DNA of 64,000 nt from Capsulimonadaceae bacterium (GCA_965215505.1 OZ244065.1:5728001-5792000); one strand, 5' to 3'; counted from the first letter of the stretch, positions 1 to 12,292 are shown. Made by a program: numbers and translations. Notes: a model not told the origin generated them from the sequence alone.

Positions 1-2
1 TG

Positions 3-425
3 ACCGACGGCGGCATGTCCCTCTACTTCGACACCCTGCGTGAGTCCAAGACCAAAAAGGACGGCCCCATCGAGACGCTTGACATCAAGGTCAGTGACAA
101 CCTGGGGACGCGCCCCCTGGAGATGTACTCGGGCGGCGAGGGCTTCCGGGCGGCCTTCGCCCTGCGGATCGCCCTCTCCAAGCTGCTGGCCCGCCGGGCC
201 GGGGCGCGTCTGCAAACGCTCATCATTGACGAGGGCTTCGGCTCCCAGGACGCCAAAGGCCGCGAGAAGCTGGTGGACTGCCTGGACGCCATCAAAGGCG
301 ACTTCGAGCGCATCATCGTCATCACGCACATTGATGAGCTGAAAGACGCCTTCGCCACCCGCGTGGAGATCACGAAGACGCCTTCGGGGTCCCAGATCAC
401 CGTCATGGAAGGCGCAGCGGGTTGA
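3..425 (+). CDS. sbcC: SbcC/Rad50-type SMC ATPase, C-terminal part (5' end outside window)
   Basis: Signature YSGGE, Walker B LIIDEGFGSQD, ITH H-loop; frame is open to the window edge. Confidence 0.85.
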   Translation, partial: TDGGMSLYFDTLRESKTKKDGPIETLDIKVSDNLGTRPLEMYSGGEGFRAAFALRIALSKLLARRAGARLQTLIIDEGFGSQDAKGREKLVDCLDAIKGDFERIIVITHIDELKDAFATRVEITKTPSGSQITVMEGAAG

Positions 426-859
426 AGCCGTCTGTCCGCTGGGTGTTGGCCGCCGCCATCGGGGTCGCGCTGACCCTGCTGCTGAACCGCATCGGTGTGT
501 GGTGGCTGGGAGCGACCGATTTCTCGTCCGACTCGTTTTATGATGGCTGTGCGGCCTTCCTGACGCTGACGCTCCCCGCTTTCCTGGCGGGCCTCGTCGT
601 CGGCTTCGTCGCCCGCGAGCAGGCGCTAAACGTCGCCGCCATTGCCTTCGCCGTGTTCTGCGCGTTCGGCTTCGTCCACCCGTTCTGGCGCATCCCGCCG
701 GTTTCGCCCGAGTCGGCCCACTCCGGCGGGATGCACTACTTTCTTTACAGCCCGCTCGTCGCCCTGGCCTTCGGCACCCTCGGCGCGTGGCTTGCCGGGC
801 AGTTCGCGACGGGAAAATGGACTTTAGCCGACCCGCAGCCGGTGAGTCCGCAGGAGTGA
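422..859 (+). CDS. Hypothetical integral membrane protein (about 4 TM)
   Basis: Hydrophobic ORF overlapping the sbcC stop (TTGA), host-like codon usage. Confidence 0.7.
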   Translation: MKPSVRWVLAAAIGVALTLLLNRIGVWWLGATDFSSDSFYDGCAAFLTLTLPAFLAGLVVGFVAREQALNVAAIAFAVFCAFGFVHPFWRIPPVSPESAHSGGMHYFLYSPLVALAFGTLGAWLAGQFATGKWTLADPQPVSPQE

Positions 860-876
860 GGGGCACTGCTACGCCC

Positions 877-2582
<1,706 letters not shown>

Positions 2583-2600
2583 GTTCCGAGGCGATCAGCT

Positions 2601-3713
2601 ATGAACCCCATCGCCATCAAGAAGCTGGTCATCAAGGTCGGCACCAGCACCCTGACGCGCGGCGGCGGGCCGCCAGACACGGCCTACATCGCCGACCTCG
2701 CCGCCCAGGTCGCACGGCAGCAGGCTTTGGGTCGGAACGTCGTCCTGGTCTCGTCGGGCGCGATCCGGGCGGGCATGGACCGGCTGAAGTTGCCGGGCCG
2801 CCCGCGCTCCATCCCGCAGAAGCAGGCCGCCGCCGCCATCGGGCAGGGGCTTCTGATGCACACCTACGCCCAGGCGTTCGCCCCGCACGACATCCCCGTC
2901 GGCCAGGTCCTGCTGACCCGCGAGGACCTGCGGGAGCGGACGCGCTACCTCAATGCCCGGAACACCTTTGACGCCCTGCTCGGCCATAACGTCGTCCCCA
3001 TCGTCAACGAGAACGACACCGTGGCCGTGGACGAGATCAAGTTCGGCGACAACGACACGCTGGCCGCCCTCGTCGCCTCGCTCATCGAGGCCGATGCCCT
3101 CCTGCTCCTGTCCGATGTCGCCGGGCTGTATGACCGTGACCCGACCCAGTTCGCCGATGCCCAGCTTATCCCCGTCATCGAGACCATTGACCGGGCCGTC
3201 GAGCAGCGCGCGGGCGGCGCTCAAACAGGGATGGGCACGGGCGGCATGACCACCAAGGTGCAGGCCGCCAAGATCTGCGCCAATACCAATGTCCACATGT
3301 TCATCGCCGACGGCCGCCGTGCCAATGTCGTCGCCGACGCTCTGGACGGTTCCTGCGGCACCCACTTCCTCCCCAAGCCCACCCGCCTGCGCTCCCGCCA
3401 GCGCTGGATCGCCTACGGCGTCCTGCCCAAAGGCACCGTCACCGTCAACGACGGTGCCCGGTTGCGCGTGAGCGAGGAGGGCAAGAGCCTCCTGCCCGCT
3501 GGCGTTACCCATGTCACCGGCCACTTTGAAGCCGGCGACCTAGTCCGCCTCGCCGACGCCCACGGCGACGCCTTCGCCCAGGGGTTCGTCAACTACACCC
3601 ACGCCCAGCTTGCCAAGATCATGGGCCGCCGCACCGAAGACATCCCGCTCCTGCTCGGCACGGATGCCGGCGAGGAAGTCATCCACCGCGACAACCTCGT
3701 CCTCGACTTATGA
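2601..3713 (+). CDS. proB: Glutamate 5-kinase
   Basis: VIKVGTSTLT, VSSGAI, NENDTV, FGDNDTLAA, GTGGMTTK, C-terminal PUA domain; real start taken as ATG 2601, after the repeat. Confidence 0.97.
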   Translation: MNPIAIKKLVIKVGTSTLTRGGGPPDTAYIADLAAQVARQQALGRNVVLVSSGAIRAGMDRLKLPGRPRSIPQKQAAAAIGQGLLMHTYAQAFAPHDIPVGQVLLTREDLRERTRYLNARNTFDALLGHNVVPIVNENDTVAVDEIKFGDNDTLAALVASLIEADALLLLSDVAGLYDRDPTQFADAQLIPVIETIDRAVEQRAGGAQTGMGTGGMTTKVQAAKICANTNVHMFIADGRRANVVADALDGSCGTHFLPKPTRLRSRQRWIAYGVLPKGTVTVNDGARLRVSEEGKSLLPAGVTHVTGHFEAGDLVRLADAHGDAFAQGFVNYTHAQLAKIMGRRTEDIPLLLGTDAGEEVIHRDNLVLDL

Positions 3714-3744
3714 TGCCGGCCCGCCCAGTAACTTGCCTTCCAAC

Positions 3745-3773
3745 TTGACTTTGCGCGGCGATTCGGCTACAAT
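3745..3773 (+). promoter_or_regulatory. Sigma70-type promoter
   Basis: TTGACT-N17-TACAAT upstream of ORF 3813. Confidence 0.6.
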
Positions 3774-3812
3774 CAGGACGATCCGCACATCGAAAAAGGA
3801 AGCGCCGACACG

Positions 3813-4130
3813 ATGCACGCTCTTTCTATACAGAACATATTCATGGCCGCTGTGTGGACCGCCGGGAGTGTCGGCGTCGTCTACCTGTCCGGGCACATCT
3901 ACGGGAAATCTAAGAGACATGCGGACTATGACAAGCGGATGCGCCGGGTTGTGTTCTCGTACTGGGCGCTGTTCTGCTTGTGGCAGGGCTGCCTCGCTCT
4001 GAACCTCGCCGCCATGCGATTGGTGTGGATACACTACGCGGGGCCTGTGCTGATAACGGCCCTCTTCTTGGTCGTTTTACAGTTTCCGCTCATCCAAGCG
4101 TGGGTGAGAAAGCGGGAGCAAATCAGATGA
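3813..4130 (+). CDS. Small hypothetical membrane protein
   Basis: 105 aa with 3 hydrophobic segments, AAGGA RBS-like sequence upstream, lower GC. Confidence 0.6.
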   Translation: MHALSIQNIFMAAVWTAGSVGVVYLSGHIYGKSKRHADYDKRMRRVVFSYWALFCLWQGCLALNLAAMRLVWIHYAGPVLITALFLVVLQFPLIQAWVRKREQIR

Positions 4131-4492
4131 GGGTGGAACGGCTTCGTTATTCTCTCCTGCTCGCTGCCGGGATCGTTGTCTCGACGGCTTTGACAAACAG
4201 CTTGATAGTCGCGGTGATACTCTTCGCGCCTGAACTCAACCGACTCCTCATGCCTACAATGGTTAAGGAAAACAGAAGGCTACTCGGCATCTTTGCCTGG
4301 GTGTGCTGTGTTTTGGCCCTTGCGGGGGCGTACTACATCGGGGATTTGCTGCTGTTCCCACGCTCGCCTTATGCCTCACACCGAGAGCGCGACGCGGTCG
4401 TCATGGCGATCGTGGGCATGATCGGGGGCTTTGCCACCATCTACTGGATGCCGGCCAGTCGTGCAGGAGCAAAGAAATCGCGCCACACATAA
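4127..4492 (+). CDS. Small hypothetical membrane protein
   Basis: ATGA overlap with the previous ORF; MRVERLRYSLLL..., 3 hydrophobic segments. Confidence 0.6.
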   Translation: MRVERLRYSLLLAAGIVVSTALTNSLIVAVILFAPELNRLLMPTMVKENRRLLGIFAWVCCVLALAGAYYIGDLLLFPRSPYASHRERDAVVMAIVGMIGGFATIYWMPASRAGAKKSRHT

Positions 4493-4549
4493 ATTTTGCA
4501 AGAACGGACTTGTAGCTGTTGATAGCCACTGCCGAGAACATTGGTGTTT

Positions 4550-5812
4550 ATGAGTACGCTCGCGATTGAAGAAGTCGAAGACAAGGGACGGGCCGCCAAA
4601 GCCGCCGCGCGGACGCTGGCGCTTGCCGGAACAGATACCAAGAACGAAGCCCTGATCGCGATGGCCGATGCCCTCGGAACGCACCAGGCCGCCATCTTAG
4701 AAGCCAACGCCCGCGACATCGCCGGGGCCGAAGAGCTTGGCCTGACGCCGCACCTGATCGAGCGGCTGACGCTGACGCCCAGGCGCGTCGGCGAGATGCA
4801 GACCGGGCTGAGGCAGGTCGCCGCCCTGCCGGACCCTATCGGGGCCGTTCTGTCCGGGTGGCGTCGGCCCAACGGCTTGCAGATCACTAAGACGCGCGTT
4901 CCCCTAGGCGTCATCGGCATCATCTACGAGAGCCGCCCCAATGTCACCGTGGATGCCGCCGCCTTGTGCCTGAAATCCGGCAACGCCGCCCTGCTGCGCG
5001 GCGGGTCTGAGGCCATCCATTCCAATGTCGCCCTGGCCCGCGTCTTGCAGGATGCGCTCCAAATAGCGGGCCTGCCCACCGCCTGCGTGCAGCTCATCGA
5101 AAGCACAGACCGGGCCGCCGCCCGCCGCCTGATGACCTTGAACGAGTCCGTGGACTGCCTCATCCCACGCGGCGGGGCGTCGCTCATCAAGACCGTCATC
5201 GAGACGGCGACCGTTCCTGTGATCGAGACCGGCACCGGCAACTGTCACGTCTATGTGGACAAAGACGCCGACTTTGCGATGGCCGCCGAGATCATCCTGA
5301 ACGCCAAGGCCCAGCGCCCCTCCGTCTGCAACAGCGCCGAAACGCTGCTGGTGCATCAGGATGTCGCTTCCGCCTTCCTGCCCCCGGTTGGGCGGAGACT
5401 AGCCGAGGCCGGGGTCGAGATGCGCGGCGACGCGCGGACGTGCGCGCTCCTGCCCAACACGCGGGAGGCCACTGAGCAGGACTGGCATGAGGAGTTCAAC
5501 GCGCTCATCCTCGCCGTCAAAATCGTGGACAGCCTGGACGATGCCGTGACCCACATCAACACCTACGGCACGCGCCATTCCGAGGCCATCATCACCGGAG
5601 ACTACGCCGCCGCCCAGGTCTTCACCGACGGCGTGGACTGCGCTGCCGTCTATGTGAACGCCTCGACGCGCTTCACCGACGGCTTCGAGTTCGGCTTCGG
5701 GGCGGAGATCGGCATCTCCAACCAGAAACTCCACGCCCGTGGCCCGATGGGGTTGGAAGAGCTGACGACTTACAAGTACATCGTGCGCGGCAGCGGCCAG
5801 GTTCGCGCTTAG
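4550..5812 (+). CDS. proA: Gamma-glutamyl phosphate reductase
   Basis: VPLGVIGIIYESRPNVT, PSVCNSAET, VNASTRFTDGFEFGFGAEIGISNQKLHARGPMGL. Confidence 0.98.
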   Translation: MSTLAIEEVEDKGRAAKAAARTLALAGTDTKNEALIAMADALGTHQAAILEANARDIAGAEELGLTPHLIERLTLTPRRVGEMQTGLRQVAALPDPIGAVLSGWRRPNGLQITKTRVPLGVIGIIYESRPNVTVDAAALCLKSGNAALLRGGSEAIHSNVALARVLQDALQIAGLPTACVQLIESTDRAAARRLMTLNESVDCLIPRGGASLIKTVIETATVPVIETGTGNCHVYVDKDADFAMAAEIILNAKAQRPSVCNSAETLLVHQDVASAFLPPVGRRLAEAGVEMRGDARTCALLPNTREATEQDWHEEFNALILAVKIVDSLDDAVTHINTYGTRHSEAIITGDYAAAQVFTDGVDCAAVYVNASTRFTDGFEFGFGAEIGISNQKLHARGPMGLEELTTYKYIVRGSGQVRA

Positions 5813-5824
5813 AAAGAAAGACAG

Positions 5825-6469
5825 TTGAACGACGGCTTCCCCAATGCCCAGCCGGGCCAGCCCACGCCTTTCGTACAGCCCACCGTGTGGCCACCGCCGC
5901 CGATGATGGGGCAGCAGTCCGGCTGGGCCGGCCCCGTCTGCGGCTTCAAGTGGCTGTACCGGCGCGCGCCCGGCAAGATGGCCGCAAAAGCCCTGGTCGC
6001 CGACTACCGCGTGGGCACCCTCCAGTGTGATGCTGAGGGCATCATCATCGAGGGCAAAGCGGTCCCGCGCGCCGAGATTCGCATGATGGTGGTTCTGCCC
6101 GCCGTCCTCCTTAATCTGCTCCTCGGCGTCATCGCCAACTTCGTGATGGAATATGGGATGCGGAAAGACCGGCGCGACGGCATCCGCTGGAGCAGCGTCA
6201 AGCAGATCACGCTGTCGCCGGCAAAGCAGCAGGCCGTCATCGTCTACGACGCCTACAACCACGCGGCGCAGATCAAGACGTATTCGCTGGCCTTCACGCC
6301 CACACCGGGACAGTACGAGGCCTTCGCGGAGGCCAGCCGCCGGAACGCACCGGACCGGCTGGGGGAGGCGGCGCTCGTGAGCGCCACGCCCGTCGCCGTC
6401 TGGATTCTGCTCGGCCTCGTCGTATTCATAATGGCCGCGCTGGTCGTGCTGGCCCTCCACGCCCGGTAG
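5825..6469 (+). CDS. Hypothetical membrane-associated protein
   Basis: Pro-rich N-terminus (WPPPP), two hydrophobic segments, host-like codon usage, fills the proA-nadD gap. Confidence 0.7.
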   Translation: MNDGFPNAQPGQPTPFVQPTVWPPPPMMGQQSGWAGPVCGFKWLYRRAPGKMAAKALVADYRVGTLQCDAEGIIIEGKAVPRAEIRMMVVLPAVLLNLLLGVIANFVMEYGMRKDRRDGIRWSSVKQITLSPAKQQAVIVYDAYNHAAQIKTYSLAFTPTPGQYEAFAEASRRNAPDRLGEAALVSATPVAVWILLGLVVFIMAALVVLALHAR

Positions 6470-6503
6470 AGTGCCGAAGCGGGAGAGAGGTTCCGGGTTC
6501 GTC

Positions 6504-7118
6504 ATGCAACGACTGGGCATCATGGGCGGCACGTTCGACCCCATCCACTACGGGCACCTGCTGATGGCCGAGGAGGCGCGGCAGGCGTTCGCGTTGGATC
6601 AAGTCGTCTTCGTCCCGAACGGGCGGCCCGCGCACAAGAAGGCCTACCTGGTCAGCTCGCCGGAAGACCGGTACGCGATGACGCTGCTGGCGACGGGGTC
6701 TAATCCCTGCTTCTCCTGCTCGCGCATCGAGATCGAGCGGCCCGGCCCGTCCTATACGATAGACACGCTGCGCGCCTTCCGCCAGACCCATCCTGATCTG
6801 GACGCGCTCTATTTCATCACCGGGGCGGACGCCGTGCTGGAAATCCTGACCTGGCACGAGTACGACAAGCTGGTGCGGGAGTGCCAGTTCATCGCCGTCA
6901 CTCGCCCCGGATTCGTTCTGGAGCGGCTGTCGGAGATCGCCGACGCCGAGTTCCTGCACCGGGTTTCGTTCCTGCCCATCCCCGGCCTGGAGATCTCGTC
7001 TACGGACATCCGCCGCCGCGTCCGCGAAGGGCGCAGCGTGAAGTACCTGACGCCCGAGCCGGTCGAAGCCTACATCCAACAGCAGGGATTGTACCGGACC
7101 TTGCCAACCCAACCATGA
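6504..7118 (+). CDS. nadD: Nicotinate-nucleotide adenylyltransferase
   Basis: GGTFDPIHYGH, SYTIDTL, FITGADA, ISSTDIR. Confidence 0.97.
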   Translation: MQRLGIMGGTFDPIHYGHLLMAEEARQAFALDQVVFVPNGRPAHKKAYLVSSPEDRYAMTLLATGSNPCFSCSRIEIERPGPSYTIDTLRAFRQTHPDLDALYFITGADAVLEILTWHEYDKLVRECQFIAVTRPGFVLERLSEIADAEFLHRVSFLPIPGLEISSTDIRRRVREGRSVKYLTPEPVEAYIQQQGLYRTLPTQP

Positions 7119-8395
7119 ATGACGATACTCTACGACAAGAAGACACTGAACAACAACTGGCCCTCGCGCGGCGGCAGCTTGAGGCCGTCCAGCGCATCAG
7201 CAGCGCCCTCTACTCGGTGACGGACACGGATACCCTGTTGCGACAGGCGCTCGACGTGGCCCTGGAAGTGGTCGGGGCCGATGCCGGCTCCATCCTGCTC
7301 TACAACGCCGACAAGAACAGCCTGATCTTCCGTCACGCGGTCGGGCCGGTCGCGGCCTCGCTCATCGGCACGGGGCTGGACCTCTCGCTCGGCAAGGGGA
7401 TCGCGGGGGACGTGTTCCGGACGGGGCAGGGGCGGCTGACGCCGGACGTTGAGCGGGACGCCGACCACATCGGCACCGTGGACGCCCGCACCGGCTACCA
7501 GACGCGCTCGCTGATGACGGTCCCGCTGAACACGCGCCAGGGCCTGCCGCTGGGCGTCATCCAGTTCGTCAACAAGCGGGCGGGGGAATTCGACGCCGGG
7601 GACATGGCGGTCGGCGAGATCGTCGGCAGCCTCGTTGCCCTCAGCCTCCAGAACGCCCTGCTGGCCCGCGAAGCGAACCTGGCCGCCGTCGCGCGCTCGG
7701 TGGGCGAGATCAGCCACGACATCGGGAACATGCTCACCCACGTCCTGCCCTATGTGGAAACCCTGGAAGGCTCGATCTCCGACGTGCGGGCAGGAAAGCC
7801 CGGCGCGCTGGAGGCCCTGGAGAGCTTTTATGCCGAGGTCCGGGAGAACGTCGCGGACGGCGTCCAGCAGGTGACCGCCCGCACCCGCGAGATCGCCTCG
7901 GCCCTCAAAGGCGAGGTCGCCCCACTCGACTTCCGGCCGGGCCGCCCGTTCGACACCGCCCAGCGCGTCGTCCAGTCGCTCGGGGCCGCCGCCCAGCGGG
8001 CGGGCATCACACTCTGCACGGAAGGCGACAGCACGCTGGAAGTCGTGCTTGACAGCCACCGACTCTGGAACGCGCTCTATAACCTGGTCAACAACGCCCT
8101 GCCCGAGACGCCCGACGGCGGCTCCATCACCCTGGCCGTCACCGCCGACCCCGACCCGGACTTCTACCGCGTCTCCGTCGCCGACACCGGGAAGGGGATG
8201 CCGGAGGCGGTCCAAAAGAAGCTGTTTACCGACGCCGCCTGCTCCACCAAGCCCGGCGGGACCGGATTGGGAACGCGCATCGTCCGCCGGATCGTCGAGC
8301 AGCATGGCGGCACGCCTTCCGTCGTCAGCGCGCCGGGGCAGGGGACCACCTTCACGCTCCGCCTGCCCCGGAACCCCCAGCCACTACCCGGCTAG
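7115..8395 (+). CDS. GAF-domain sensor histidine kinase
   Basis: GAF (GYQTRSLMTVPL..GVIQFVNK), H-box SHDIGN, N-box NLVNNA, DTGKGM, GGTGLG; ATGA overlap with nadD. Confidence 0.9.
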   Translation: MNDDTLRQEDTEQQLALARRQLEAVQRISSALYSVTDTDTLLRQALDVALEVVGADAGSILLYNADKNSLIFRHAVGPVAASLIGTGLDLSLGKGIAGDVFRTGQGRLTPDVERDADHIGTVDARTGYQTRSLMTVPLNTRQGLPLGVIQFVNKRAGEFDAGDMAVGEIVGSLVALSLQNALLAREANLAAVARSVGEISHDIGNMLTHVLPYVETLEGSISDVRAGKPGALEALESFYAEVRENVADGVQQVTARTREIASALKGEVAPLDFRPGRPFDTAQRVVQSLGAAAQRAGITLCTEGDSTLEVVLDSHRLWNALYNLVNNALPETPDGGSITLAVTADPDPDFYRVSVADTGKGMPEAVQKKLFTDAACSTKPGGTGLGTRIVRRIVEQHGGTPSVVSAPGQGTTFTLRLPRNPQPLPG

Positions 8396-8400
8396 CCCGG

Positions 8401-9042
8401 CTATGCGCCCCACTCATAGTGCAGGATGTCCCCGTTGTGGTTAAGCACGTCATCAATATCGTCTCGCCTGACATCGCGCGCCAGCGTGACCTGTAGGCGG
8501 GCCACTTCGGAGTTCGCCATCCGGTCCAGCTTCAGGTCGCGCGTCTTGACGTCCTGCTGGTGGAGGTGTTCCAGCATCAGCCGGACGGCGCTCAGTGGGT
8601 CACAGTCCGTCTTGAAGACCACGGTCAAGGCCTGGTGCCGCCGCTGGCGGATCAAGTCCTCTTCAAAGGTGTTGAGGAGGGTGAGAGTGAAGAGGATGAC
8701 GACGGTCGCGACTGTCCCCAATTCGGCGTACAGCCCGCCGTAGCCGACTGCCATGCCGACGGCGGCGATGGCCCAGAGGCTGGCCGCCGTGGTCAGGCCG
8801 TGGACCAGGCCGGTCGTCCCCTCGCGGATGATCGTCCCCGCGCCGAGGAAGCCGACGCCGGTGACGACCTGGGCGGCGATCCGGTCGCCGTTCGCGCCGA
8901 AGGACTCCGAGATCTGCGTCAGCAGGGTCGCCCCGACGCAGACCAGGATGTGCGTCCGCAGCCCCGCCGGGCGGGCGTGGCGCTCCCGCTCCCAGCCGAT
9001 CAGGCCGCCGAGCAGCAGGGCGAGGAGCAGCAGGCCGGTCAT
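8401..9042 (-). CDS. MgtC/SapB family membrane protein
   Basis: IGWERE..RPAGLRTH, RIAAQVVTGVGFLGAG, GLTTAASLW; start uncertain. Confidence 0.9.
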   Translation of the reverse strand: MTGLLLLALLLGGLIGWERERHARPAGLRTHILVCVGATLLTQISESFGANGDRIAAQVVTGVGFLGAGTIIREGTTGLVHGLTTAASLWAIAAVGMAVGYGGLYAELGTVATVVILFTLTLLNTFEEDLIRQRRHQALTVVFKTDCDPLSAVRLMLEHLHQQDVKTRDLKLDRMANSEVARLQVTLARDVRRDDIDDVLNHNGDILHYEWGA

Positions 9043-9077
9043 GTGGACCAGCGGCAGATGCAGGAAATGGGCGAGGC

Positions 9078-10796
9078 TCAGGCGGCGGCCTCCGCCTTCA
9101 ATGACTGCACCAGCCCCGCCACATGGGCCGAAATGCCCTCAATGGGAACGGCGGACTTGTTCGCGGCGTCGCGCCGCAGGCTGACCTCCACCGTCCCTTC
9201 GGCCAGTGACTTGCCGACGACGACCTTGACGGGGATGCCGAGTAGGTCTGCGTCCTTGAACTTGACGCCGGGGCGCTCGTCCCGGTCGTCCAGCAGCACG
9301 TCCACATTGGCCGCTTTCAGGTCACGGTACAGGTCCTCGGCGGCCCGCTTCTGGGCCTCGTCTTTCACCCCGACCAGGACGACCACGACCTCGAAAGGCG
9401 CGATGGTGACGGGCCAGAGGATGCCATTGGCGTCGTGGTGCTGCTCGATCGCCGCCGCCATCAGCCGCGAGACGCCGATGCCGTAGGAGCCACCGAGCAA
9501 AGGCTGCCTCGCGCCGGTTTCGTCCGTAAACGTCGCGTTCATCTTCGCCGAGTATATGGTTTCAAAGTTGAAGACGTGGCCGACCTCGATCCCGCGTTGC
9601 GTCTGGAGCCGCCCTTCCGGGTCGGCCGGACTGACATCGCCCGCCACCGCCGTCCGCAGGTCCAAATACTCGGGGTGGGGGAAGTCGCGCCCCGGCAAAA
9701 CGTGGACCAGGTGTGCGTCCGCCTCGTTCGCCCCGGTCACCCCGTCCCGGACAAACGCCACCTCGCGGTCGGCGATCACGCGCATCCCATCCGCCAATCC
9801 GACCGGCCCGGCGAAGCCGACGGGTGCCCCCGTCACCTTCTGGACCATCGCGGCGTCCGCCAGCGGCGATGGCCCGCCCAGAAGCTTCGCCAGCTTGGCC
9901 TCCTGCACTTCACGATCGCCGCGCACCAGCACGACCACCGGCTGCCCGTCCGGCGCGACCACGACCAGAGTCTTGATGAGCCGCGTCGCGGGGACGTCCA
10001 GGAATGCCGCGACGGCCGTGATCGTGCTGACACCGGGTGTCATCACCTTCTCCATCGCCGCGACCTCGGCGTCCGGCTCCTCGGCGGGCGCGGGGATAGC
10101 CTCGCACCGCTCGGCGTTCGCCGCGTAGCCCGTTTTGTCGCAGCGCAGCACGGTGTCTTCGCCGCTCTCGGACAGCACCATGAACTCCTCGCTCTGCGAG
10201 CCGCCGATGGCCCCCGAGTCCGCTTCCACCGTCAGGGCCGCCAGCCCGCAGCGCTCGAAGGACCGGCTGAAGGCATCGCGGACGTTCCGGTAGGCCTGCT
10301 GACCCTCCTCGGCGTTCTTGTCGAACGAGTAAGCGTCCAGCATCAGGAACTCGCGCCCTCGGACCAGACCCCCGCGCGGGCGCGGCTCGTTGCGGAACTT
10401 GGTCTGGATCTGGTAGGGCAGGAACGGGAGCTGCTTGTACGACTGGATATCACCCCGCGCGATGGAAGTGACGACTTCCTCGTGCGTGAAGCCCAGGAAA
10501 TAGTCATGCTGCGGGACCGTGAACAGGACGTCCAGTTTGTCCCGGCCAGACTCCTCCAGTATGGCGCGCGGGAACAGCGACGGCATCAGCATCTCGTTCC
10601 CCCCGGCGCGGTTCATCTCCTCACGCAGTATGCCGGAGATCTTATTCAGCACCCGCAGGCCCAGCGGCAGGTACGAGTAGACCCCGCTGGCGAGCGGCCG
10701 GATGAAGCCGCCGCGCAGAAGCAGCTTGTGGCTGACAAGCTCCGCCTCGCTGGGCGCTTCGCGGAGGGTGGGGGCAAAAAGTTGTGTAAAGCGCAT
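9078..10796 (-). CDS. proS: Proline--tRNA ligase with YbaK-like editing domain
   Basis: MRFTQLFAPTLRE, QTKFRNEPRPRGGLVRGREF, GIEVGHVF, GSYGIGVSR, anticodon domain DDRDERPGVKFKDADL. Confidence 0.98.
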   Translation of the reverse strand: MRFTQLFAPTLREAPSEAELVSHKLLLRGGFIRPLASGVYSYLPLGLRVLNKISGILREEMNRAGGNEMLMPSLFPRAILEESGRDKLDVLFTVPQHDYFLGFTHEEVVTSIARGDIQSYKQLPFLPYQIQTKFRNEPRPRGGLVRGREFLMLDAYSFDKNAEEGQQAYRNVRDAFSRSFERCGLAALTVEADSGAIGGSQSEEFMVLSESGEDTVLRCDKTGYAANAERCEAIPAPAEEPDAEVAAMEKVMTPGVSTITAVAAFLDVPATRLIKTLVVVAPDGQPVVVLVRGDREVQEAKLAKLLGGPSPLADAAMVQKVTGAPVGFAGPVGLADGMRVIADREVAFVRDGVTGANEADAHLVHVLPGRDFPHPEYLDLRTAVAGDVSPADPEGRLQTQRGIEVGHVFNFETIYSAKMNATFTDETGARQPLLGGSYGIGVSRLMAAAIEQHHDANGILWPVTIAPFEVVVVLVGVKDEAQKRAAEDLYRDLKAANVDVLLDDRDERPGVKFKDADLLGIPVKVVVGKSLAEGTVEVSLRRDAANKSAVPIEGISAHVAGLVQSLKAEAAA

Positions 10797-10810
10797 TATG
10801 TGTAGTCTTG

Positions 10811-12292
10811 TTACTGGGGCAGTTGGTGCGTCACGGTGCGGATGATGTCGTTGGACACGATCGCGATGAACAGGACGAAGATGATCGCCAGGCCGAACAT
10901 GAGGGACGCCTGCTGCTGCTGGTCGGTCAGCCGCTTGCCGCGCCGTACCCACTCGATGAAGAACGTCAGCAGGTGCCCGCCGTCCAGGATGGGGATGGGC
11001 AGCAGGTTGAAGACCGCCAGGCTGATGGACAGGCTTGCCAGCATCGAGACGACATCCGGCAGGCCGCTCTTGACGGCAAGCCCCGTCGCCTGATACATGA
11101 AGATGATCCCGCCGGCCGCCTTGTGCAGCTCGCGGTGATGGATCAGATAGGCAAGCCCACGGAACGTGTCGCCGACCGTCTTGTTCCCGTACCGGATTGA
11201 GGCCGCAAGGCCGACGTGCCTGATCTCACGCGCGGGGATGATGTTCAGGATACCGATCTCGTGCGGGTTCAGGCCCGGCGGGTCCTGCGCGACGGTCTTG
11301 GGAATCAAGCCCTTCAGATGGACCTCCTCACCCCCACGCGCCAGGGAGATGTCTGCGGTCTTCCCGGCGTCCTGGCGCAGCAGGGTCTGCACCTGCTCGC
11401 CGGACACGACATCCACGCCGTTGATCTGCGCGAAGATGTCGTGCGCCGCCAGGCCCAGCGTCGCCAATGCGCCCGGCTTAACCACGTCCACGGAAACGAC
11501 GGGCTTGTTGTGGTCGTCCAAGACCGGCTGCGGGGTCGCCGTGCGTGTGAACGTCGCGCCGTCGCGCACGACGGTCAGCGTGATCGGCTTGCCCGCACTG
11601 CCGTGGATCATGTCCACCATCTCTTCGCCGCTGGAAACCGGCCGGCCGTTTATCGCCTGGATGGTGTCGCCGATCCGCAGGCCGATCCGTTTTCCCTCTC
11701 CGCCCGGTCCCGCCATCGCCACTTTATTCAAGGTATTGCCGGTCGGGATGCCGGTCGTCATGCCCATCAGGCAGAAGACGACGTAGCCCAGCACGAAGGA
11801 CATGAAGGGGCCGGCCGCGATCACCAGGGCGCGCTGCCAGACCGGCTTGCTGTAGAAGCCGTCGGGGGCGCTGTAGGCCGCATTCTCCCCCACGTTCTCA
11901 GCGATCAGGGGAATCTGATTGGCGTCCGGGTCTGCATTTCTTAGCTCCAGCCCACCCAGGCCCGGACCGGAGAGGCCGATCCCACGGACAGTAGGGCCGG
12001 CCTCTTTACCACCCACCACCTTGTCTTTGGCGGCGATTAAAGGTGCTTCATCCGGCTCCATGCCGGCGATCTTGACGAAGCCTCCCAGCGGCAGCATCCG
12101 CACGTTGTATTCCGTGTCCCCCCGCTTGGCGATCCGGAACAGGCGCCTGCCGAAGCCGATGCTGAAGTCATCCACGCGAATGCCGCATAGCCGGGCGACG
12201 ATGAAATGCCCCCACTCGTGCGCGACGACCAGGATGCTCAGAATGATCAGCAGGGTCAATGTCTGCTGCACGTTTTGCCATAACAACACCAC
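10811..12292 (-). CDS. rseP: Site-2 (M50) zinc metalloprotease with PDZ domains
   Basis: HEWGH, FSIGFG, PLGGFVKI, NLLPIPILDGGH; conserved position after dxr. Confidence 0.93.
   Translation of the reverse strand: MVLLWQNVQQTLTLLIILSILVVAHEWGHFIVARLCGIRVDDFSIGFGRRLFRIAKRGDTEYNVRMLPLGGFVKIAGMEPDEAPLIAAKDKVVGGKEAGPTVRGIGLSGPGLGGLELRNADPDANQIPLIAENVGENAAYSAPDGFYSKPVWQRALVIAAGPFMSFVLGYVVFCLMGMTTGIPTGNTLNKVAMAGPGGEGKRIGLRIGDTIQAINGRPVSSGEEMVDMIHGSAGKPITLTVVRDGATFTRTATPQPVLDDHNKPVVSVDVVKPGALATLGLAAHDIFAQINGVDVVSGEQVQTLLRQDAGKTADISLARGGEEVHLKGLIPKTVAQDPPGLNPHEIGILNIIPAREIRHVGLAASIRYGNKTVGDTFRGLAYLIHHRELHKAAGGIIFMYQATGLAVKSGLPDVVSMLASLSISLAVFNLLPIPILDGGHLLTFFIEWVRRGKRLTDQQQQASLMFGLAIIFVLFIAIVSNDIIRTVTHQLPQ

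Noticed and set aside
6475-6490. AAGCGGGAGAG fragment resembling the 22067 repeat arm
   Set aside because: Too short and has no partner arm; at most a remnant
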